From positions 4,141 through 68,140 of the forward strand of contig CAJXDY010000007.1 in assembly GCA_913052135.1 (NCBI GenBank): DNA of 64,000 bases, given 5' to 3'. Source of the stretch: an uncultured Acidobacteriota bacterium. GTDB lineage: Bacteria > Acidobacteriota > Vicinamibacteria > Vicinamibacterales > UBA823. The translations under genes and the position numbers were made by a program. Below the pieces are notes generated by a model that searched no databases, had not been told where the DNA came from, and saw only the letters and a list, made by a program, of their open reading frames with translations. Positions 9,239 through 17,703 of this stretch are shown piece after piece. The first letter of the stretch is position 1. The number at the start of each line of letters is the position of its first letter.

Positions 9239-10246
9239 ATGAAAGTTATTGATTCCCACGCCCATGTCACGGCTCCGCAGGAGCTTTATGCTTATAAGGC
9301 CAGCCTGTTATCTCATCGCGGAGCACACGGTCCTGGTCGGCTGAAAATTTCGGACGAAATGATCATTGCAGCGCTTAATACGCCGACGTTCAACACGGTG
9401 TCGCATCTCGAACAGCTGAAGGAAGTCGGGACAGACATGCAGCTCGTTTCGCCGCGGCCGTACACGATGATGCACAGCGAGAAGCCAGAAAAATTAGTGC
9501 GTTGGTATATTAAGGAAGTTAATAACGTTATCCATCGACAGTGTAAACTTTTTCCGGAAATGTTCCGAGGCATTGCGGGACTTCCGCAGAATATGGGTGT
9601 GAGTCCCGAGAATTCCATTCCTGAGCTGGAACGTTGTGTGAAGGAATTGGGCTTTATCGGATGCTTACTCAATCCAGACCCAAACGAAGGGTTAGGGCCG
9701 GCTCCACCAGGATTGGGCGACGAATATTGGTATCCAATCTACGAGAAGCTTGTTGAACTGGATGTGCCAGCGCTTGTTCATTCCGCGAGTTGCCGGTCGC
9801 CTCGGGAGCCGTACTCCCTACATTTCATTAATGAAGAAAGCATTGCCATCGTTTCTCTTATAAGTTCGACTGTTTTTGAGGATTTTCCTGGGCTGAAAAT
9901 CATCATCTCGCATGGTGGAGGAGCCATCCCCTATCAAATCGGTCGATATCGAGCGATGTGGTCACGTCGACATGATGAGGCATTCGAGGATACTCTTCGA
10001 AAGCATTTCTATTTTGATACCTGCCTTTACACTCAGGAATCGCTCGACCTGCTATTCCGCTGGGTCGGTACTGACCGATGCATGTTCGGTACTGAGAAAC
10101 CCGGTATCGGGACTGCAAAGGATCCGAAAACTGGTGAGTGGATCGATGACGTAAAGAAAAAGATTGATGCAATCGAATGGCTAACCGATGCCGATCGTCA
10201 GCAGGTCTACGAAGGTACGGCGACGAAGGTGTACAAGTTGAAGTAA
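9239..10246 (+). CDS. Amidohydrolase_2 protein resembling LigJ-type 4-oxalomesaconate hydratase
   Basis: VIDSHAHV (HxH), ELERCVKELGFIGCLLNPDP, YWYPIYEKLVELDVPALVH, SHGGGAIPYQIGRYR and FDTCLY blocks. As I recall them, these are the conserved blocks of LigJ from the protocatechuate 4,5-cleavage pathway. The call needs an alignment to confirm. Confidence 0.65.
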   Translation: MKVIDSHAHVTAPQELYAYKASLLSHRGAHGPGRLKISDEMIIAALNTPTFNTVSHLEQLKEVGTDMQLVSPRPYTMMHSEKPEKLVRWYIKEVNNVIHRQCKLFPEMFRGIAGLPQNMGVSPENSIPELERCVKELGFIGCLLNPDPNEGLGPAPPGLGDEYWYPIYEKLVELDVPALVHSASCRSPREPYSLHFINEESIAIVSLISSTVFEDFPGLKIIISHGGGAIPYQIGRYRAMWSRRHDEAFEDTLRKHFYFDTCLYTQESLDLLFRWVGTDRCMFGTEKPGIGTAKDPKTGEWIDDVKKKIDAIEWLTDADRQQVYEGTATKVYKLK

Positions 10247-10282
10247 TCAAGCCCGACCATCTCCGCCTGGAAAAAAGGTGAC

Positions 10283-11701
10283 ATGATGACCGGAACACTT
10301 TCTTCTGCTGGCAATCGGAAGACACAATGGGGGATTGGTCTTGCCATCGCGGCAGTTGTCGTGGTGCTCAACCTGCCAACGCCCGATACGTTACCGGCAG
10401 AAGGGCACCGACTCGCGGCGATTTTCCTCGCCGCTATTATTCTTTGGGCTACCGAAGCCATCCCCATTGCAGTAACGGCACTGCTCGTTATTACGCTCCA
10501 GCCTATCTTCGGAGTGACTGACCTTCACGGCGCATTTGCTGGTTTTGTGAGCCCAGTGTTTTTCTTTGTGTTGGCAATGTTCTGTATTGCGGCAGCGGTC
10601 ACGAACGCGGGCGTGGACCGACGGTTTGCCTTCTGGCTTCTTGGCCACGCAGGTGCTGACAGTCGTCGTGTCGTGATTGCTCTCATGGTTGGCACTGCTG
10701 CTACCTCCGCGTTTATCTCAGATGTACCAGCGTGCGCAATCTTCATGAGTATTGGCTTAGGTGTGCTGACACGGCTCAATCTTGAACCAGGATCATCATC
10801 ACTTGGCAAGGCGATCATGATGGGTATTCCAATTGCGTCACTCATTGGAGGTGTGGCAACCCCCGCAGGTAGTTCGGTCAATATTCTGGGTATTCACTTG
10901 ATCGAAGAAACGGTCAATGTGCACATTTCGTTCGTTGAGTGGATGGCGATTGGCATACCGATGGTGCTAGTCCTCGTACCAGTTGCCTGCTGTGCGATTT
11001 TGTGGAGCTACCCTCCAGAAGTGAAAACGGTCGGTGACGTCGCCGAACTGTCGCAGGAACGTGCGGCACTTGGCCCGATTACGCTAGCCGAGAAAAAAAC
11101 AATCGCATTACTAGGAACGATGATGGTGTTATGGATTGCTGGTAGTTGGATTGAAATTTTTGACGTGCTGATCGTTGCCCTCTGCGGCGCAATCGTAATG
11201 TTTCTGCCAGGCGTACAATTGCTGACTTGGAAGCAGGCAGATCGCTCCATCGGTTGGGACACACTGTTGATGATAGGTGGGGTAACATCCCTTGGCAGTG
11301 CGTCGCTTCAGGCAGGACTCGCTAATTGGTTGGTTGATTTGACCCTTAGGGGCGTTGCGGACTGGTCTATTGTCTTAGCCCTTGTTGCTATCAGTGCGTT
11401 TACCGTTGTGGTGCACCTTGCGCTTCCCATCGGCCCAGTGGTAAATGCCGTGGTCATTCCGCCAATCGCCTTGCTTGCTGTCTCAGCGGGGGTAAACCCG
11501 GCGCTATACGCTCTACCAGTCGCGTTTACCGCTTCTTGTGCGTTCTTGTTACCGTTGGATGCCGTATGCCTAATAACCTATTCCAAGGGTTACTACCGGA
11601 TGCACGACATGCTTACACCGGGCGTTCTAATCGGTTCAGCTTGGGTCGTTTGGATGACGATTTTGATGTTAACCATTGGTGGACTGCTGGGTTTCGTTTA
11701 A
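10283..11701 (+). CDS. DASS/SLC13-type (ion-transporter superfamily) di-/tricarboxylate or anion symporter
   Basis: 472-aa polytopic protein. HRLAAIFLAAIILWATEAIPIAVTALL and the hairpin-like GGVATPAGSSVNILG are typical of DASS transporters. It starts 37 nt downstream of the LigJ-like gene. Confidence 0.8.
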   Translation: MMTGTLSSAGNRKTQWGIGLAIAAVVVVLNLPTPDTLPAEGHRLAAIFLAAIILWATEAIPIAVTALLVITLQPIFGVTDLHGAFAGFVSPVFFFVLAMFCIAAAVTNAGVDRRFAFWLLGHAGADSRRVVIALMVGTAATSAFISDVPACAIFMSIGLGVLTRLNLEPGSSSLGKAIMMGIPIASLIGGVATPAGSSVNILGIHLIEETVNVHISFVEWMAIGIPMVLVLVPVACCAILWSYPPEVKTVGDVAELSQERAALGPITLAEKKTIALLGTMMVLWIAGSWIEIFDVLIVALCGAIVMFLPGVQLLTWKQADRSIGWDTLLMIGGVTSLGSASLQAGLANWLVDLTLRGVADWSIVLALVAISAFTVVVHLALPIGPVVNAVVIPPIALLAVSAGVNPALYALPVAFTASCAFLLPLDAVCLITYSKGYYRMHDMLTPGVLIGSAWVVWMTILMLTIGGLLGFV

Positions 11702-11723
11702 TACAATTCAGAGGGGGCGTTCC

Positions 11724-12839
11724 CTACCATTCTTCAGCGATTAGTTGAATAAGGTCACTTAGTACGACGAGGTCATGGAGATCAATCAGTTCTATCGGTG
11801 AATGGGAGTATCGCAGTGGCCAACCGATGGGCATATGAGGTATGCCCCAGTCGCGAAAGCCGGTGCCGTCGGTCCCCCCATTCGTCGCACCCAGTTGGAG
11901 TGGAAGGTTGTGCCCATCGGCGAGCTCGAGTAATCCATCGATGATCACTCGGGGAGTGACCGAACTGCTATCCAGGCCACGTGCGACTGGTCCTTGACCC
12001 AATGGCGTGAACGCGAAATTCTGACGATCAACCGGAGCAGCCGACGACACAAACGTATCAACTGCATGCACACGAGCCGGTGTGAACCCCAGTTCGTCTG
12101 CAACTGCAGTGGCTCCTACCAGTCCGACTTCCTCTTCCGTCGACCAAATGAAGATGACCTCGTGATCCAGCGCGTTAAGATCCAGCGACTGGAGCGCTAC
12201 TAATTGGGCGGTCGAACCCGCGCGGTCGTCGAAGGAACGTGCAGTGGCCCGTGTGCCCGCCAGACGAACAAATTCCTTTGGATTGGTAACTGTGTCACCG
12301 AGACGAACTCCCAGCGCCTCGGTAGCCGCACGGGATGACATTCCCACACTGACACGGAAACCGGTCGGCGGTCGACGCGTCGGCGTCACCTGATGTTCAT
12401 CGCGTGGCATAAAGATTCCAGGCACCCGAGTCTCAGCCGTATGCACAAATGCTGGTGTGGCCTCCCATAGATGTGGATAAAAACCACCTCGCTGCCTGAT
12501 TTGCAACGACCCATCGTCGAGAAGCTCGGTCACTTGAAACCCGACTTCATCCATGTGCGCAATAAAGACGACCACCGGGTCACCCTGCCCAGCTCTTACC
12601 CACAGATTCCCGGATTCGTCGACTCGCGGCTTCGCCCAAGCGGGTAGGTGTCGCTCTACGACAGCACGCACACGCTGCTCATCTCCTGACACACCATAAG
12701 TTTCAATCAATTCCTCAAGGAGTCCTGCGACTGCCTCAACTCGACTCGAATCAACTTGCGCAGAGGCAGGCAATGTTGTCGTAAATAGGACGACCATGCT
12801 CACTAGGCTACGAATGACTGCGCCACATTTAAGAGTCAT
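11724..12839 (-). CDS. M42 family metallo-aminopeptidase (TET/FrvX-like), with signal peptide
   Basis: All metal/catalytic blocks are present: FIAHMDEVGF, SFDDRAGS, STEEEVGLVGA, HAVDT and YSHSP. The N-terminus (SLVSMVVLFTTTLPASAQ) looks like a Sec signal. Confidence 0.8.
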   Translation of the reverse strand: MTLKCGAVIRSLVSMVVLFTTTLPASAQVDSSRVEAVAGLLEELIETYGVSGDEQRVRAVVERHLPAWAKPRVDESGNLWVRAGQGDPVVVFIAHMDEVGFQVTELLDDGSLQIRQRGGFYPHLWEATPAFVHTAETRVPGIFMPRDEHQVTPTRRPPTGFRVSVGMSSRAATEALGVRLGDTVTNPKEFVRLAGTRATARSFDDRAGSTAQLVALQSLDLNALDHEVIFIWSTEEEVGLVGATAVADELGFTPARVHAVDTFVSSAAPVDRQNFAFTPLGQGPVARGLDSSSVTPRVIIDGLLELADGHNLPLQLGATNGGTDGTGFRDWGIPHMPIGWPLRYSHSPIELIDLHDLVVLSDLIQLIAEEW

Positions 12840-13756
12840 GGGTGTTTCTTGATTCCTGTACTGATCTGAGTAGTGAGTGTTTCCACTTCTTCCAGATTGA
12901 TGGTCTCAACAGCGGTCTCACTAAATTGAACAGGTACATCCGAGTGCTTGATGGCACCGAATCCCTCATCAATAATTCGCTCGGGTGGGTCATAGTTGAT
13001 AAACCAGGTCGAGGCGAAGGGACCCAGTTGGCGGGACACGACCCGCAATCCCGCATGACGAAGTTGGCTTTCAACCACGAACGCAATCACAACGGTACCG
13101 TCGACGTCCGGTTGATCAAGATAGGTTCGCGCCAAAGCTGCGCACCCAGCGCGACGACCAGCTTCTGGACCCGCCAGTAAATTTTTACCATACCGATGGG
13201 GACGTTTAGCCAGGGCTACCGCATCCAGAAGTCGAATGCCAAGCTGCTGCACCTCCTTTGCGGAGTCCACACCGATGTCGACATAAGCGTCGTCTACGTC
13301 AAAGGGTCTGTCTGGCATCGAGGAGCGGCCACGTCCTAGATGGGTGGACGGAATCGAAACGACACCCGGTGTTGTTTTAGCGGCACCCCAAACAGTCACT
13401 CGATGTCCTTCCAAGCCTTGGTCGAATAGATTCGGTTTGCCTACTCCAACGCGTCGTAGGCGAAGATAACCGTCGTCCGTGATACGTCCTACGACATAAC
13501 CGACTTCATCGAGTGGACAAACTAGCAATCTAACGGGTGTGCCGGTACCGAGCACCCCAACGACATTACCTGCTCGATCTAATGTCGTGCCCGGGAGCAT
13601 TGCCAGAAGTTGTTCGGCTGCCGTTTGCTCGTACCCGGTCACAGCAGTCATCTCGATGAATTGTTCAGACAAAGTTGCCGCCGTTTGGGCGGCCAGCGGA
13701 TACGGCGCCGAAAGTAATGTCGCGATGAGCGCGGAGCGCAATAACTGATAGCTCAT
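12836..13756 (-). CDS. M42-like paralogue lacking metal ligands (probable pseudoenzyme), with signal peptide
   Basis: It shows M42-like N-terminal architecture (LVCPLDEVGYVVGRITDDGYLRLRRVG). However, His is replaced in the AHMDE block (CPLDE), DDR becomes PEAGRR, and EEE becomes ESQ. The protein is short (306 aa) and overlaps the active paralogue by 4 nt. Confidence 0.6.
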   Translation of the reverse strand: MSYQLLRSALIATLLSAPYPLAAQTAATLSEQFIEMTAVTGYEQTAAEQLLAMLPGTTLDRAGNVVGVLGTGTPVRLLVCPLDEVGYVVGRITDDGYLRLRRVGVGKPNLFDQGLEGHRVTVWGAAKTTPGVVSIPSTHLGRGRSSMPDRPFDVDDAYVDIGVDSAKEVQQLGIRLLDAVALAKRPHRYGKNLLAGPEAGRRAGCAALARTYLDQPDVDGTVVIAFVVESQLRHAGLRVVSRQLGPFASTWFINYDPPERIIDEGFGAIKHSDVPVQFSETAVETINLEEVETLTTQISTGIKKHP

Positions 13757-13848
13757 GTTCAGCAGAGGATATCAGGGTCTCTGGCGGTTGGCGATGAGGC
13801 CCGTCGCACGGCAGGTTATCCTTCAGTCGCCTGCCTGATGGATGCACG

Positions 13849-14349
13849 CTACATCAGCGCCCGCCGGACCAATATCTGTGCCTGATGTCGTCTATGTGCC
13901 AAGTGTTGATACTTCGTCACCTCGGGAGGGTGTGTGTCTCCAGAGTGCCTGCTCAGGGCATCAGTCGGTCTTTGTAACATCGCAAGTGCCCGACGTTGCT
14001 TAATCATTCTTTTGCGTTCCATTTGATGGTGATAACAGGGGAAGCACAGCAGGTGAAACAACGAAGACCTGTTTCGTGATACCCGGTCGACCATCACCTG
14101 TCGGTCTTGGCAAATACAGCACATGGTTTCATGCTGAAGATTGACCGGAGTCGACGGTAAACGGTCTGACGGACCGACACCACGGTAAGCGAACTCAAGT
14201 TGTTTGCCTACCGAAGTGGATTCGTGACTCATCCTCAACTTTGGAGTGCAGATTCGTGAACTATTTAACTGACGAGCCTTTACTAATCCGACGGCTGCCT
14301 TTGATACACCATGAGGTGTCACGACTTGTTGTTCAGAATTTTGAATCAT
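13849..14349 (-). CDS. Hypothetical basic protein with CxxC...CxxC zinc-ribbon-like motif
   Basis: The ATG at 14349 is preceded by AAGGAAGGAG with an 8-nt spacer. Motif C-C-I-C-x22-C-F-P-C-Y-H-H. Arg/His/Gln-rich, and I recognise no family. Confidence 0.35.
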   Translation of the reverse strand: MIQNSEQQVVTPHGVSKAAVGLVKARQLNSSRICTPKLRMSHESTSVGKQLEFAYRGVGPSDRLPSTPVNLQHETMCCICQDRQVMVDRVSRNRSSLFHLLCFPCYHHQMERKRMIKQRRALAMLQRPTDALSRHSGDTHPPEVTKYQHLAHRRHQAQILVRRALM

Positions 14350-14537
14350 TCGACATACTCCTTCCTTGTTGGACACAACTGTACTGATGAGGAGTGACAG
14401 GAAAGGTCACGCACGGCACAAAATAAAAAAGTTTCTTGATATTTTTATATGCGGCGTCAGATGCTCCGATCGCTTGGAGTCCGGACACGCTACAATTAAG
14501 GGCTTGTGTCTCGACAAGAGGCAGTTAGGAGTGAGAG

Positions 14538-16478
14538 ATGAACGCGGAAGTGGAAACACATCAATTTCAAGCCGAAACGAAGCAGTTGCTCGACATAGTG
14601 ATCAACTCGCTGTACTCCCACAAGGAGATCTTTTTACGGGAACTTATCTCGAATGCTTCAGATGCTCTTGACCGCGTTCGGTTCGAATCACTTACCGATC
14701 CAAAGATTTTGGATCCAGCTGAAACTCTTGAAATTCGACTAGAAACTGACGTTAATGCCCGCACCCTGACGGTGTTGGACAATGGCATCGGTATGAGCCG
14801 GGATGAGGTGGTGTCTCACATTGGCACTATTGCCAAGTCGGGAACCCGGGAACTTGTGGACACACTCAAGGATCGTAAGTCGGGCGAGGCGGTTGCTGAC
14901 CTAATTGGCCAGTTCGGCGTCGGTTTCTACTCTGTGTTTATGGTGGCTGACAAAGTAACGCTCGTAACACGTCGTGCAGGAGCTTCGATTGCTACCCGCT
15001 GGACTTCCACGGGCGACGGGACGTACGAACTCGCAGAGGACACTCGCTTCACTCGTGGCACCACGATTACGCTTCATCTTAAGGCAGTTGACGTGGAGAA
15101 CGGCTTGGATGACTTTACGGAGTTCGGTGTGCTGCGTTCACTAGTAATGCGGTATTCAAACTTTGTCAGCTACCCCATCAAAGCAGAAGAAACTCGTCAG
15201 GAACCTGTTGATGAGTCGACGAAAGAAACGACGCACGCGGTTACTGAAGAGAAGATTCTCAATTCGATGAAGCCGATTTGGACTCGTCCATCCGACGAAG
15301 TTTCAAGTGAGGAATATGCCGAGTTCTATCGTCATATTGCCCACGATTGGCAGGAACCACTGGATCGACTTTTGCTCAAGGCGGAGGGTCGGATTGAGTA
15401 TCAAGCGCTGCTGTACCTGCCGGCACAAGCGCCTTTGGATTTGTACTATCGCGATCAGCAGTTTGGTCTACAGCTATACGTGCGACGTGTACTCATCATG
15501 GAGCAATGTCAGCACTTGTTACCGTCATACCTGCGCTTTCTCAAGGGGGTAGTTGATTCAGCAGACCTGCCGTTAAATGTTTCGCGCGAAATGATTCAGC
15601 AAGACCGTCACATCAAGCAAATGCAGAATTGGCTTAGTCGGAAGGTATTGGATCACCTCGGTCAGGTACAGAAGGAAGACGACGAAAAATATCTAAAATT
15701 TTGGAACGAGTTCGGACAGGTGCTTAAGGAAGGCGTTGCCGCAGAAACGGATGTCAAAGACCGTGTTGTACCGTTGTTGCGATTTCAATCGTCACATGAC
15801 CCGAGTGCACTCACCAGTCTTACTGACTATGTTGCGCGGATGAAGACTAGCCAGGACGACATCTATTTTCTCACAGGCGAATCGCGCGCGGTCATTGAGA
15901 ACTCCCCACACCTTGAGGCGTTCCAGGCCAAGGGATATGAAGTGCTGTACCTGGTAGACCCGATTGACGAAATGGTTACTGGATCGGTTCACGAAGTTGA
16001 GGGCAAAACGCTAAAGTCCGTTGGACAAGGGACAGTTGAACTTGGCAGTGACGAAGAGCGTAAACAGGCTGAGGAGGACCTTGCCGATCGTAAGAAGACC
16101 TTCGAGAACTTACTGGAATTTCTTCAGAAGAATTTGGGCGACTGGATCAAAGAAGCGCGGTTGTCAACGCGCCTCACGACTTCACCGGCTTGTTTGGTCG
16201 GAGGTGAAGGAGACATGAGTCCACAATTGGAACGGTTACTTCGCCGTGCAAAGGGCGTTGATGGTCAGGCTAAGAATAAAAGGATTCTTGAATTAAATCC
16301 CGATCATGAGATCACGACCAAGTTGCAGGCACGTTTTGCTGGGAACCAGGAAGACCCGGCGCTTGTCGATTATGCTTATCTGCTTCTCGGCTACGCTTTA
16401 CTGGCCGAGGGTTCCGAACTCCCCGATCCAGCAAGGTTCAACCGGGCGATTGCCGATCTGATGTCCAATGGGCTTTAG
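14538..16478 (+). CDS. htpG: Molecular chaperone HtpG (Hsp90)
   Basis: ETHQFQAETKQLLDIVINSLYSHKEIFLRELISNASDALDRVRF and GQFGVGFYS GHKL-ATPase blocks. The 646-aa length is canonical. Confidence 0.95.
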   Translation: MNAEVETHQFQAETKQLLDIVINSLYSHKEIFLRELISNASDALDRVRFESLTDPKILDPAETLEIRLETDVNARTLTVLDNGIGMSRDEVVSHIGTIAKSGTRELVDTLKDRKSGEAVADLIGQFGVGFYSVFMVADKVTLVTRRAGASIATRWTSTGDGTYELAEDTRFTRGTTITLHLKAVDVENGLDDFTEFGVLRSLVMRYSNFVSYPIKAEETRQEPVDESTKETTHAVTEEKILNSMKPIWTRPSDEVSSEEYAEFYRHIAHDWQEPLDRLLLKAEGRIEYQALLYLPAQAPLDLYYRDQQFGLQLYVRRVLIMEQCQHLLPSYLRFLKGVVDSADLPLNVSREMIQQDRHIKQMQNWLSRKVLDHLGQVQKEDDEKYLKFWNEFGQVLKEGVAAETDVKDRVVPLLRFQSSHDPSALTSLTDYVARMKTSQDDIYFLTGESRAVIENSPHLEAFQAKGYEVLYLVDPIDEMVTGSVHEVEGKTLKSVGQGTVELGSDEERKQAEEDLADRKKTFENLLEFLQKNLGDWIKEARLSTRLTTSPACLVGGEGDMSPQLERLLRRAKGVDGQAKNKRILELNPDHEITTKLQARFAGNQEDPALVDYAYLLLGYALLAEGSELPDPARFNRAIADLMSNGL

Positions 16479-16538
16479 CGAACTGCCATAACGAAGCCTT
16501 GTCAACGCCCGTTGGGCTTGCTATACCTTCGGCATTCG

Positions 16539-17633
16539 ATGCCCCGCAATGCTGAGGTAATTCGTCAGTGGAATATCCTGCGTGAGATAGAAGCGTCTCA
16601 TTGGACGACGATCAATGAGTTAGCGCGCAAGATGGAGGTGACGACACGCACCATCCGAAGAGACCTCGAAGCGCTTCAGATGGCAGGGTTTCCTCTATTC
16701 GATGAACTGATTGAGGGGAAGCGGCACTGGAAGCTTGATGCTCGTCCATTAAAGCTCCTTGGCAATGTAGGCTTTACGCTGTCTGAACTGTGCGCGCTTT
16801 ACTTCAGCCGAACACTCCTTGAGGTTTTGTCTGGCACACCGTTTTCACAGGACCTTCACAATGCTTTTTTGAAGCTTGAAACTGTTCTGACTCCCCGCAT
16901 GCGACAGTTCCTCGATCGGTTGCCGACCGTGTTGCAAGCAAAGTCAGAACCAATAAAGAAGAAAATTGTTGACAGCGGCAAACTTGAGGAAACGGTAGCT
17001 AAACTCTTGGATGCTACATTGAGACGACGGCAGACCACAATTTCCTACCACTCCTTCTCAAGTAACCGCACAAAGGAATATCTCGTCGAACCGTACCGCC
17101 TCGTCTATGCGGAGGGTGGCCTCTATCTCGTTGCGTACGTGCCCGAGTATGCTGAGATGCGGACATTTGCTACTGAGCGGGTCAAGCACTTGTCGCTTTT
17201 AGACACGACATTTGAACCGACGCAAGGCTTGTCACAGGAATTATTCAGTCACTCCCTTGGTGTTAACCAAGGTAAGCCCGAATCTGTGACGATTGAATTT
17301 GCTGACCGGGTCGCACCGTATGTGCGCGAGCGAGAATGGCATCCTTCTCAACGTATCTCCGAACACCCAGACGGGTCAGTCAGTTTATCGTTGCAAGTCT
17401 GTCTCGACCGGGCGCTAACTCGTTGGATTCTTGGATTTGGTCCACTAGCACGTGTCGTGTCACCGTCTCATCTTGCCGAACGGATCGTGGGTGAGCTTGA
17501 AGGGGCACGCGAACGGTATGCGCTCCAAGCCGACCTGGATATAGAAAACAACACTAAAAAACAGGAGAGTTCCGACCACAGTGTTTCGTCGATACCTCAT
17601 GGACCTGACACTTCAAAAGAGGAATGTCCATGA
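16539..17633 (+). CDS. HTH + WYL domain transcriptional regulator (YafY/PafC-like)
   Basis: wHTH (TINELARKMEVTTRTIRRDLEALQMAGFPL) followed by a WYL block (YLVEPYRLVYAEGGLYLVAYVPEYAEMRTFATERV). Start moved to ATG 16539. Confidence 0.8.
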   Translation: MPRNAEVIRQWNILREIEASHWTTINELARKMEVTTRTIRRDLEALQMAGFPLFDELIEGKRHWKLDARPLKLLGNVGFTLSELCALYFSRTLLEVLSGTPFSQDLHNAFLKLETVLTPRMRQFLDRLPTVLQAKSEPIKKKIVDSGKLEETVAKLLDATLRRRQTTISYHSFSSNRTKEYLVEPYRLVYAEGGLYLVAYVPEYAEMRTFATERVKHLSLLDTTFEPTQGLSQELFSHSLGVNQGKPESVTIEFADRVAPYVREREWHPSQRISEHPDGSVSLSLQVCLDRALTRWILGFGPLARVVSPSHLAERIVGELEGARERYALQADLDIENNTKKQESSDHSVSSIPHGPDTSKEECP

Positions 17634-17703
17634 CTGTCAGTTTGGCATTTGTCACCGCCGGCGTAATCCGCGACACTAGTAACACTATTATTGGAGGGCA
17701 TTC

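Noticed and set aside
14440-14537. Heat-shock control elements upstream of htpG (CIRCE or a sigma-32 promoter)
   Set aside because: No TTAGCACTC-N9-GAGTGCTAA-like CIRCE is present. CTTGGAG...CAATTAAG is only a weak resemblance to the sigma-32 consensus. A 5-bp hairpin (CTTGT-N6-ACAAG) is too small to call an RNA thermometer.
16539-17633. WYL-domain regulator as a marker of a phage-defence island
   Set aside because: WYL regulators often flank defence systems. Here the neighbours are a canonical htpG, an exported M14 peptidase and thrB. No nuclease, helicase, methylase, Cas or toxin-like genes are nearby.
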